Of a stretch of 64,000 nt of DNA, positions 23,285-32,437 are shown in pieces (position 1 is the first letter of the stretch; every line of letters begins with the position of its first letter). The DNA comes from Nemertoderma westbladi (lineage: Eukaryota > Animalia > Xenacoelomorpha). The position numbers were made by a program, and so were the translations under genes. The notes under the pieces are model-generated. The model was given only the letters and a program-made list of their open reading frames with translations, did no database searches and was not told the DNA's origin. The stretch is from contig JAUCBJ010000699.1 of NCBI GenBank assembly GCA_032718475.1, forward strand, positions 66,496-130,495, in the 5' to 3' direction.

Positions 23285-25894
23285 TCAGTTCATCCCCCCT
23301 GACTTTGGGAACCACCTCAAGTCTTTCCCTTTGCCGTCCTCCTCCCTGGGTCGTTTCCTGGTCACTACCGCTCCTCTGGGATCCGCTTTCTGTCTTCGGA
23401 CCCTCGCCGCCACCTCCTTACTGATCCCGGTCGTTGGCTCCCTGGGTGCTGGTGTTATCAGCTCCCGATATCGCTTCGCGGGTGGCCCCTCCAAATGGCC
23501 CTGTTGTCTCCCCCTGGTGGCGTCCCATATGATCATCTTCATTGCCCGCGGCACGTGCTCCGCCAGGAAATCCCTAAACTCCCCTCGGTTCTGTGGCGTC
23601 CACCTGTCCAAATACCTTTGTGTATTCATCACCCCGGCATACGACGCCGCCGTTGCTACCTCTTGATAGGTAAACGGTAGCCTCCGCTTTATGATTTCCA
23701 TGTGAGCCTCCTGATTGATGAGGAAGAAACCCCACTTGAACTCCTGGGCCTTCATGCGCTGGCGCGTCATGGCCCCGACGTCGGCCCACTCCTCGAATCT
23801 TCTGAACTTCTCTTCGTCGTCCATCCAGTCGCACTGGCGTCCGTAGTGTCCCCGAAAGTTGCACTTTGGACATCGGTTATGCAACCGTGGACACGCCCCC
23901 ATCCTGTGGCTCGACTCGCGGCAGTAGAGACAAAAGGTTCCCTTTTGGAACCGGTACAAACAGCTCCTTTCCTGGTGGGTCTGTCTCCCACAGTAGTCGC
24001 AACCGAGTACCAATGTCTCCCGCCTCACGTCGTCTTTCGTCCCAAGCGATCTCCGCGGTCTGTGGAGTCGCTGGTAGGCGAACTTCTGTACGTTAGTGTC
24101 CCTGTCTACGTCGATCTCTCCGCCCCTCTCGGGCATCGTCTCCCCGAATACTACCCGTGGTGCCGTCCCCGGTTGCTCGCCCAACCTGATAGTGCTCCCC
24201 GCGAAATCCATCGCCGGCTCCTCGTGCACCCAGGCCCGCTTGCCGGGTCTATCCCAAAAGGCCCTCGCCCCACTGGCCGTCACCACCCTCCCGCCAACCC
24301 AGTCCGTGTCCGAGTGGCCAATCCTCTCGATGGGCGGCACCTCTCCGAACTCGTCGTCATGTTCCTCCTCCTCTGGCAGTGGCTCCAACCCCGGTATCCC
24401 GATGGATCCACTATGTCCCTTCCCGCCTTGGCTCTCGCCCGTAGCTCTCCATCCCTCTAGCTCCCTTAACTTCCTTGGCGGTTGGTCGCCTTCGGCGCCC
24501 GCTGGTGTGGGCATCGCTTGCAACCCCGACGTCGACTGTTTCGGCGATCCCACCGTCCATCCCAGTTCTCGCCCTAGAGACTCCCCCGAACTCCCTGACG
24601 AAGTCCAACGAAGTTCGTCTAAGCCTGCCTGTTCCTCGAAGCCGTAACTCTGCGTCCTGGCCTCCTCCTCCCTCTCCTCTGCTTCTATCCTCTCCCGTCT
24701 AGCGACTTCTTCCAGTCGCTTTGCCTTTCGTCTATCCGTCTCTAGCTGCTCCCATCTCTGATACGGCGTATCTGTCTCCCCGTCTATCAGATGTCGGCTG
24801 TTGTAGTACACCGACTCGCCCTTCAGCCCCGGGTGGTCTACCAGACCGTCGAAGGCCGTTTTAAAGGCTCTCCTGTAGCTTAGGGGTGATCCCGATAACA
24901 GAAATGCCGCTGGTTCCCTCTCGATAACCGCGGTCAAGAATAAGTTAAGCAAACTTATCATCATCCAATCTTCCTGCAGGATATATCGCTTCTGATATAC
25001 CTTTATCGCTCCTCTGCGGAATTGATATACCTCTTGCCTCCCCGGTCTCGCTCCCCACTTTAGCGAGTTCGCTAGTTCTGCTCCGTATTCCTCCCTGAAC
25101 TTCCCCCAGTCCATCGGTTTGTGGCATACGAGCCCCAATAGCTGGCCCATTGCAACCGCCCCGCATTGGCCTGTGTTCCCGACTACCCCCAACCCATCTG
25201 GTGCCGTCATAGCCATCAAGACCTTCTGCATATCCAGAAGGTTGGTGGCGTCCAGACCGATGATTCTCTCCGCGTCCTCGCGAATCGCCGATCCCACCTT
25301 CGTCGTCGACTTCTCTCTTACCAAGACTTGCACCGCTTTCGGCAACCGGTTTAATTTCGGCCCCTCCTTCTTCCCATACGTTCCTAGATCGAATAAGAAA
25401 ATGTCCCCATTTGGCGCGGCCAAATGTAGGAGTATGGTCCTGGCCGACCCCGCTGATCCTCGTCTCGAACCCTCCTCGTCTTCCACGGTTCCCTCGTCGT
25501 CTAGGATCATATATCCTCCCCTGTTGACGGACTCTATGAATCTCTTCCAATCCTTCTTCGGCGACTCCCTCGGGTACTTCGGAATCCTGAACTTCGCCTC
25601 GTCCCCTTTCACCACGTAGTGGAAGTGTTGGAAGATCGCGTTGTCCAGCGATGGCGTCCCGTAGGTCCCGACCAGCCGCTGTTCGTGCATCTCCCGGAAG
25701 TGGTCCTGCAGCGCTCGTGCCGCGTGACCCTTTTCCAACCTCTCGTAGTATCCTCTCGTCTTCTCTTCCGGATGCCTCTTGGTGAAATCCACCAGTATCT
25801 CCTTTCCTCCTGACTCCGCCTTTCTCTTTCTGATCAGTTTTCCCACCATTTCGAACTCCTCCGATCGCTCACCTATAAGGTGGTGCCTTACCAA
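23285..25894 (-). CDS. Retroelement accessory protein: DEDDy-type 3'-5' exonuclease-like domain plus three CCHC zinc knuckles
   Basis: Intact 869-codon ORF (TTG start in the track; first ATG at 25849); ILDDEG (ExoI), LLHLAAPNGDIFLFDL, KVGSAIREDAERI (ExoII), YQKRYILQED (ExoIII-like); three CX2CX4HX4C motifs at aa 632-688. Confidence 0.8.
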   Translation of the reverse strand: MVRHHLIGERSEEFEMVGKLIRKRKAESGGKEILVDFTKRHPEEKTRGYYERLEKGHAARALQDHFREMHEQRLVGTYGTPSLDNAIFQHFHYVVKGDEAKFRIPKYPRESPKKDWKRFIESVNRGGYMILDDEGTVEDEEGSRRGSAGSARTILLHLAAPNGDIFLFDLGTYGKKEGPKLNRLPKAVQVLVREKSTTKVGSAIREDAERIIGLDATNLLDMQKVLMAMTAPDGLGVVGNTGQCGAVAMGQLLGLVCHKPMDWGKFREEYGAELANSLKWGARPGRQEVYQFRRGAIKVYQKRYILQEDWMMISLLNLFLTAVIEREPAAFLLSGSPLSYRRAFKTAFDGLVDHPGLKGESVYYNSRHLIDGETDTPYQRWEQLETDRRKAKRLEEVARRERIEAEEREEEARTQSYGFEEQAGLDELRWTSSGSSGESLGRELGWTVGSPKQSTSGLQAMPTPAGAEGDQPPRKLRELEGWRATGESQGGKGHSGSIGIPGLEPLPEEEEHDDEFGEVPPIERIGHSDTDWVGGRVVTASGARAFWDRPGKRAWVHEEPAMDFAGSTIRLGEQPGTAPRVVFGETMPERGGEIDVDRDTNVQKFAYQRLHRPRRSLGTKDDVRRETLVLGCDYCGRQTHQERSCLYRFQKGTFCLYCRESSHRMGACPRLHNRCPKCNFRGHYGRQCDWMDDEEKFRRFEEWADVGAMTRQRMKAQEFKWGFFLINQEAHMEIIKRRLPFTYQEVATAASYAGVMNTQRYLDRWTPQNRGEFRDFLAEHVPRAMKMIIWDATRGRQQGHLEGPPAKRYRELITPAPREPTTGISKEVAARVRRQKADPRGAVVTRKRPREEDGKGKDLRWFPKSGGMN

Positions 25895-26327
25895 GGCGCA
25901 ATATAAGTGAGTGATGCAGTTAGGATGGTCTGTACGGTCTGATAATGGCCTATTTTCTATCTAACTACGCCCTTTTAGCCTAATTTCTATTACTTAATTT
26001 TGTAGCTAACAAATGTACCTTATTTGCAATTTCTGTCCGTTGCTTTAATTATGTTCCAGAATAATTTTCCTCCTGTTACCATAATTTGTAATTTTCTTAG
26101 CCCTATTTATTCTATTTTATTTCTAACCTATTTCTACTATTTACTGCTTATGGATTATTCTATTTCATAATCCACATTCTGACCTACGCTATGGGCCTGT
26201 GCAGTACAGCAGTATATGTCGCGTGGCCTACACGATCTATCCAACTGTACTCATATGCCCCCCTCTTGCTACTAACTACTAACTAATATCTATACTATGT
26301 ATACCCTTCTACCTCTCTCTCTTACTA

Positions 26328-26906
26328 ATCGGTACTACGTACCCTCTTACTACTCTCTAACTAACTAACGGTACTACGTACCCTCTAACTCTAACTCTAC
26401 TAACGGTACTGCATACCCTCTTACTACTCTCTAACTCCACTAACGGTACTACGTACCCTCTTACTACTCTTCCAACTCTACTAACGGTACTACGTACCCT
26501 CTTACTACTCTCTAACTCCACTAATGGTACTACGTACCCTCTTACTACTCTTCCAACTCTACTAACTGTACTATGTACCCTCTTACTACTCTTCCAACTC
26601 TACTAATGGTACTACGTACCCTCTTACTACTCTTCCAACTCTACTAACGGTACTACGTACCCTCTTACTACTCTTCCAACTCTACTAACGGTACTACGTA
26701 CCCTCTTACTACTCTTCCAACTCTACTAACGGTACTACGTACCCTCTTACTACTCTTCCAACTCTACTAACGGTACTACGTACCCTCTTACTAACCTCTA
26801 ACTCTACTAACGGTACTACGTACCTTCTAACTGACTAACTAACTAACTAACTAACTCTAGGTACTACGTACCTTCTAACCGACTAACTCTAGGTACCACG
26901 TACCTT
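26328..26906 (-). repeat. Internal ~41-bp tandem array, ~15 copies of a GGTAC-N3-GTACC hairpin
   Basis: Plus-strand unit CTACTAACGGTACTACGTACCCTCTTACTACTCTTCCAACT between the pol stop and ORF3. Confidence 0.92.
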
Positions 26907-27043
26907 CTAACTAACTCCTAACTAACTAACTCTAATTTTTATTTATTTTATTTTTTATTTTTATGTGTAGGAAGGGCGTCTCGCCCTCAATCCCACCCCC
27001 CTCAGTCCAAACTTGGACGACTAAACTACACTCTAACTCCACC

Positions 27044-30000
27044 CTAAGGTGCCCCTTCTAATAGACAGCATTTCCCTACAGCTCTCCTGTAGGTTTTTCT
27101 GTCTTTCGCACCGATCTTTCCACCTATCCGCACTTCTACCGATCGGACATCGGAGTAAGTGCCTACGACTCTCGCCAACCGCCACTGGTTGTTGATGATA
27201 GTATCATCCGTAACGATTACGAGATCTCCCTCTCTTAACTCCCTATTTGACTTCCTCCACTTGCTTCTTCTGTGAAGCGTGGGTAGGTATTCCTCAACCC
27301 ACCTCCTCCAATACTCTGCGCTTATTGCTTTAGCGACCTTCCAACTCTGGCGGGAATGTATGTCATCTGGGTCTACACCCCGCATATCGATGGTCGCTGG
27401 CCTTTCCATTAGAAAATGGCTGGGTGTCAGCACATCTAATGACTCAGGGTCATCATTCTCCGGATATAGCGGTCTGCTATTAATGATCCCCTCGCACTTC
27501 GCAAGCACTGTCCTTAAGACGTCCTCAGTGACCATGTGGGTGTTCATTAGCTTCGTCATAAGACGCTTTGAACTGCCCACCAGTCTCTCGACGCATCCTA
27601 GTGTATGTGGTGCATACGGCGTCCTTCTCTCCCACTTTACTTGTCGTCGTCTCATGGCCGCCCTGACTTCCTCCCCTTCCAAGATGTCCAAGGCCTCTGC
27701 CATCTCGTTCTCTGCTCCCACAAAGTTGGTTCCGCTGTCGGAGTACATTACTGCGATCGTCCCACCTTTGCGGTCTCTGAATCTTTCTAATGCATTAATA
27801 AATGCTGATGCGGTTGCATCTTGGGCGAGTTCTATCCCTACCGCCCGCGTGTTGTTACATACGAAGATAATACCGTAGCGTTTCTCCGTGTGCCGCATCA
27901 CCTTGATCTTTATCGGCCCGAACATGTCCACACCGCAATGTGTAAATGGCGGGTCGTGCTGTCTTACTCTACTCGCTGGTAGTGGCGCCATCTCTTGTAT
28001 GGCTCGCTCCTTCTTCGCTCGTCGGCAGGTCTGGCATTGCCCCACTACCGCTTTTACCTTCTTCCTCAACTGCTTGACCCAAAAGGTCCTCCTTATCTCC
28101 GTGAGAGTTCGGTTGGTGCCCCCGTGCAATATCGACTTATGGGAGTCCCAGATAATCTGGTGGACTATTGGCGATCCTGTGGGAATGATGATGGGTTTCG
28201 GTGGTACGACTATGCTGTTGTTGTATCCCACCCTAGAATTCATTACTAGAATCCCGTCGTCATTAAGTTGTGGCGACAGCGTGATCAGCTCGCTGTCCCG
28301 TCGAAGGTGCTGTTGGTTACCGACGCGTTCCACCTCGTCGCCATAGTTCTTCCGTTGTTCATAGCGGATGACTGCCTTGGCCGCTCCTTCCAGATCTATG
28401 GTTGTCCTGATCTTCTTGTCTTTGCCAACTCCCGCGAGGAAATTCCCGAAGGCTCTCCAGTACGCCACTAATTTCTTGGTCTTATACCAACTAGAGCTGT
28501 AGCTGAGGAGTTTATCTGTCGGGTTATCGCACAGTTCTTCTGGTTTAGGTTGCACGTCCCTTATCTCCCTCACCATCTGGGAGTATATCTCTTCTCCCTC
28601 TGAATCTCCCTCTTCTCCTTCTGACACTACCTCTCCTGAGTCCGGGTCCACCTTTCTCATCGGCGGCCAGGCCTCCTTGTCGCTCAGAAACTGCGGCCCG
28701 TGTTGCCACAATCCTTCCTTTTTTAAGAAAGTGTGGCGTGCCACGCCCCTTGATAACAAGTCCGCTGGGTTCTCGTCCGTTGGGCAGTAGTGCCACCTTT
28801 CCAATTCTGTGGTCGCCCTTATCTCGTCCACCCTGTTCGCGACGAATATTGGGTATCTCGTCCTTTCGTTATGTAGCCAACCAAGCACTACCATGGAGTC
28901 CGTCCAGTAGTGTGTCTCCACTATGTTGGGAATAGTATCCACTAGGTAGGCTGTGGCTCTAACTCCTAGTCTCGCAGCTGTCAATTCTAATTTGGGAACT
29001 GATGCTGAATCTGGCGGCGTTGACTTTGCTTTGCTAAAGGCCAGTCTGGGCTTGTGAGCCCCCTCTCGTTGTACTAAATAGAGTGCCGCTCCGTACGCCT
29101 CCAACGACGCATCGGAGAACATGTGTAGGTCCAGATTCGTCATGTTCCCATCCGGGAAATACACTCGTGGCATGTTGTATGTTCCCATCTTCTCCAAGTC
29201 TCCTGTCCACTTACTCCACTGTTTCTTGATTTCCTCTGGTACCTCTACGTCCCACTCATCCTTCAATTTGTATACTCTCTTGAGTATCTGTTTCCCCGTG
29301 ACTAATAATGGGGATGCTAGACCTAGGGGATCGTATATCCTTGCTATATACGACACATAGCCCCTCTTCGTGTGGATGTCTGCGCCCTCCTGGCTCAGCT
29401 GATACTTCAGTTCGTCTGTCTCTCTGTTCCACACGATTCCCAATGCCTTCTGTTGAGATTCTGTTCTCTTGTTCGCCATGTCCTGCCCTTTGGCTGTTGT
29501 GGGATTATCCATGGTCGATTCTGGTCTCTTGTCCTCTATCGCCTTGATAAATTCTTCCGAACTGGATTGGAATTTGGTCAGGTTAAAGCCGGATCCTTTT
29601 AGGATGTCGCGAACCTCGCGCCCTGTGTCCAGTATCTCCTTAACCGTATTTCCAGACTCCATTCCGTCGTCTACGTAGAAGCCGCGTCGAATCATATCGA
29701 CGGCCCTAGTGCTGTATCTATCTTCCTTCCCCTTCACCGTATCTCTCACTGCCATAGTCGTCGTAAATGAAGACGACTTGGCTCCCATATTTTGTACTAC
29801 CATCTTATATGCCGGTATTATCGACGGTTCTTCCTCGCCGTTATACCATAAGAAGCGTTGACTGTCGCTATCTTCCTCCGTTACACGGACTTGGTTGAAC
29901 ATGCCTTCTATGTCACACGTGAAGGCGTGTTTCCCATTTCTAAATCTAAGTAGGACCTCTATCCCCGAGTTGTATATGTTTGGACCTTCTAGCAGGTAGT

Positions 30001-32437
30001 CGTTTAAGCATTTTCCGTTGGTCTTTGCCGATGCGTCAACTACCATCCGCAGTTTACCTTTCTTTGGGTCTAAAGCCACGTGGAGTGGCAGGTAATATGT
30101 CCTGTCCGTGTTTGGTTCGTCGACCGGTAACTCCACGGCCCATCCTTTCTCGACGTACTTCTTAATCGTTCTGTGGATGTACTCATTCTTCTCGGGGCTC
30201 CGTTTTAGTGTTTGTTTCAGCTTGCGGAGTCTCGTGAGTACCATCCCTCTATTATCGGGCAGTGGTAACTTCGGTAGTTTCCATACCATTCCTACGGTGT
30301 ACCGCCCCTCGTCGCACTTCATAGACTCCTCTACGCTCTGCTGAGCCTGTTTGTCTTCCACCGAGGTCCCGACCCCGGTCTCCTTTAATCCTTCAAAATC
30401 CTGTCTGAGCAGTCTTTTAAGTTGCTCCTCTGCTCTCTCATCACTCATTTCCTGCATAGTTCCCGCGAACATGCATCCTGATGTCTCCGACATCCTAAAT
30501 GGTATCTTGCTCTTGATTGGGCCACTTAGCGTCCACCCGAATGGTGTCAGTATTGCCACCGGGTCAGACTGCTTGTCTTCGCCGAAGACCGTTTGCATTC
30601 TTTCGTGGGCCGTTGGGCAGTCCATTCCTACTATGATGGATACCTTCCTAACGTCCACATCTGGGATTGAGAAGTCAATATCGTCCAGAAATTTATATTG
30701 TTCGACCTCGATGTTGGTTGGCCGTCTGGCATTGATGTTTATTGACTCTATCACTTGGATGGGGTCGATGCTAGCCCCATAGTCGCATCCTGGTGCTATT
30801 GCTGCGATGGTGCACCGTCCGGTTCTCATCTCCAGGACCTCATCTTTGCTGGAGATGGTTGTTACCGCCATTCTGCTTGGCCTCGTTCTCAATCCTATTT
30901 CTTCGGCCACCCAATCCTCGACTAATGTGAAGGCAGCTCCACTATCAACCAGCATTAGTGTTGTTACTGATCGATTGCCTTCTCCAATCACTCGTACGGG
31001 TACTACCCCAAGTAACACCGTTCCTCTCTTCTTCGCCCCTACTGTGCTCGTTGCCATCGTTTGGCCTTTCCTTTGACCGAACTTGACCGGCATCTCCTTG
31101 CATTCCCTAGCTCTATGTCCACTCATCACACATCGCGAGCAGATCTTGTTGCTCGCCGCATAATCTATCTGATCTTGCCTAGATAGCGCTTGCCAGTACC
31201 TGCAGTTCATGGTTTGATGAAGCGCATTTGTATGTAGCTGGCATTTGCTCTTTGGGTCGTAGCCCTCCTTATACAGTGCATCGCGTATCGCAGCTGCGTT
31301 TGTACCAAAGTCCCTACTATTCTTATTGTTTGGATTCGGCCTACTGGACGTACTGGGGTTATATTTATTCGTGTTGTTATTGTTCCCCTGTCCGTTCCAT
31401 GGTGTGGTCTTACTTTCGGCTACCTGTGGACTTGCAGTCCCCTGCGTCGCTGCATATGGCAGTGATTGCCTGAGCCTCGGTAATGCGTTTGATGTATTGT
31501 GCTCTGGTTTCGGTCTATGGTAATCCGTCTTCGGTCCCTTCCCCAGGCTATCTTCGCTATAGACTGGGTCGGTTATTAGTTCAGCTTCGTAGTTTAAGAA
31601 GCTTGACATTTCTTCTAAACCCGGTTCCGCACCCTTCCTATCTCGAGTGGAGAAAGCGATTTTCCTCCACTTGTTGCGCAACCACATCGGTAGTGCCTGC
31701 GCTATCGTGGTGATGTTGTTGGACGCATTGAGTTCGTATGGCGCGTCTAGTGTCTTTAACACGATCAGCGCCTTCTCAACCTTGTTCGCAAATGTCTTAA
31801 TGCTAACGGGATTATCCTGTAGGCCACCCGATGTTATGCCTCTCAGGGTCTGCCTGATGATCTTGGCTGGGTGTCCGTATTCCCTGTCCAGTGCCCGCCA
31901 TGCTGTCGTGAAGCCGCCCTCTCTGCCCTGATATTGCCTCACGATGTCATATGCTGGGCCTCCTGTGTATACTTGCAAATACTTTAGGCACTCCGTCTGC
32001 GTTAAGTTCTTTGTTAGTATTTCATTGCTATACATACGCCGAAACTGGAGATATTCTTCCGGCCTACTCCCATCGAATTTGAATGGTTCCACGGGTGGTA
32101 ATTCGATCCTTGTTTTTAATGCATCGATCAATGTGGCCATCCCCATCGCCTGCGCTTCCAATGGATTCGATGGATGTTGTATAGTTCCTCCTGTTGGGTG
32201 CCGTCCGCTCGTTCTATTTTCTGCCTTTCTATGGCTTGGGTATATCATTGGGGGTAGCGGCCCCCTCCATATTTCTGTGTCACACGACCTATTTTCATCC
32301 AATGGTCTCGTTGTCCTTGCTCCTATCGGGGTATATTGTTGATATTGCGATGGGGGAATGTCACCCTGTCCCCCCCCCCCCCCCCCACCGGTATTTATGG
32401 TATTGGGGTTGATGTTAATATATTGGGGCCCATGCAT
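27044..32437 (-). CDS. gag-pol: BEL/Pao Gag(core)-Pol polyprotein
   Basis: DUF1759-like LPPVEPFKFDG; Cys/His knuckle CSRCVMSGHRAREC; protease LVDSGA; RT CDIEGMFNQV...FYVDDG; RNase H FSDAS...WTDSMVVLGW; integrase HHCC and D(MFG)-D(SG)-E(RL); C-terminal WRRWVEEYLPTL. Confidence 0.97.
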   Translation of the reverse strand: MHGPQYININPNTINTGGGGGGGQGDIPPSQYQQYTPIGARTTRPLDENRSCDTEIWRGPLPPMIYPSHRKAENRTSGRHPTGGTIQHPSNPLEAQAMGMATLIDALKTRIELPPVEPFKFDGSRPEEYLQFRRMYSNEILTKNLTQTECLKYLQVYTGGPAYDIVRQYQGREGGFTTAWRALDREYGHPAKIIRQTLRGITSGGLQDNPVSIKTFANKVEKALIVLKTLDAPYELNASNNITTIAQALPMWLRNKWRKIAFSTRDRKGAEPGLEEMSSFLNYEAELITDPVYSEDSLGKGPKTDYHRPKPEHNTSNALPRLRQSLPYAATQGTASPQVAESKTTPWNGQGNNNNTNKYNPSTSSRPNPNNKNSRDFGTNAAAIRDALYKEGYDPKSKCQLHTNALHQTMNCRYWQALSRQDQIDYAASNKICSRCVMSGHRARECKEMPVKFGQRKGQTMATSTVGAKKRGTVLLGVVPVRVIGEGNRSVTTLMLVDSGAAFTLVEDWVAEEIGLRTRPSRMAVTTISSKDEVLEMRTGRCTIAAIAPGCDYGASIDPIQVIESININARRPTNIEVEQYKFLDDIDFSIPDVDVRKVSIIVGMDCPTAHERMQTVFGEDKQSDPVAILTPFGWTLSGPIKSKIPFRMSETSGCMFAGTMQEMSDERAEEQLKRLLRQDFEGLKETGVGTSVEDKQAQQSVEESMKCDEGRYTVGMVWKLPKLPLPDNRGMVLTRLRKLKQTLKRSPEKNEYIHRTIKKYVEKGWAVELPVDEPNTDRTYYLPLHVALDPKKGKLRMVVDASAKTNGKCLNDYLLEGPNIYNSGIEVLLRFRNGKHAFTCDIEGMFNQVRVTEEDSDSQRFLWYNGEEEPSIIPAYKMVVQNMGAKSSSFTTTMAVRDTVKGKEDRYSTRAVDMIRRGFYVDDGMESGNTVKEILDTGREVRDILKGSGFNLTKFQSSSEEFIKAIEDKRPESTMDNPTTAKGQDMANKRTESQQKALGIVWNRETDELKYQLSQEGADIHTKRGYVSYIARIYDPLGLASPLLVTGKQILKRVYKLKDEWDVEVPEEIKKQWSKWTGDLEKMGTYNMPRVYFPDGNMTNLDLHMFSDASLEAYGAALYLVQREGAHKPRLAFSKAKSTPPDSASVPKLELTAARLGVRATAYLVDTIPNIVETHYWTDSMVVLGWLHNERTRYPIFVANRVDEIRATTELERWHYCPTDENPADLLSRGVARHTFLKKEGLWQHGPQFLSDKEAWPPMRKVDPDSGEVVSEGEEGDSEGEEIYSQMVREIRDVQPKPEELCDNPTDKLLSYSSSWYKTKKLVAYWRAFGNFLAGVGKDKKIRTTIDLEGAAKAVIRYEQRKNYGDEVERVGNQQHLRRDSELITLSPQLNDDGILVMNSRVGYNNSIVVPPKPIIIPTGSPIVHQIIWDSHKSILHGGTNRTLTEIRRTFWVKQLRKKVKAVVGQCQTCRRAKKERAIQEMAPLPASRVRQHDPPFTHCGVDMFGPIKIKVMRHTEKRYGIIFVCNNTRAVGIELAQDATASAFINALERFRDRKGGTIAVMYSDSGTNFVGAENEMAEALDILEGEEVRAAMRRRQVKWERRTPYAPHTLGCVERLVGSSKRLMTKLMNTHMVTEDVLRTVLAKCEGIINSRPLYPENDDPESLDVLTPSHFLMERPATIDMRGVDPDDIHSRQSWKVAKAISAEYWRRWVEEYLPTLHRRSKWRKSNRELREGDLVIVTDDTIINNQWRLARVVGTYSDVRSVEVRIGGKIGAKDRKTYRRAVGKCCLLEGAP

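Noticed and set aside
23285-25894. ORF3 as an envelope glycoprotein
   Set aside because: No evident signal peptide or C-terminal TM anchor; has exonuclease-like and CCHC motifs instead
26328-26906. Retroelement-internal array as CRISPR-like or as TACTAAC branch-point repeats
   Set aside because: Linkers are repeated, not unique; TACTAAC lies on the antisense strand with no matching splice structure
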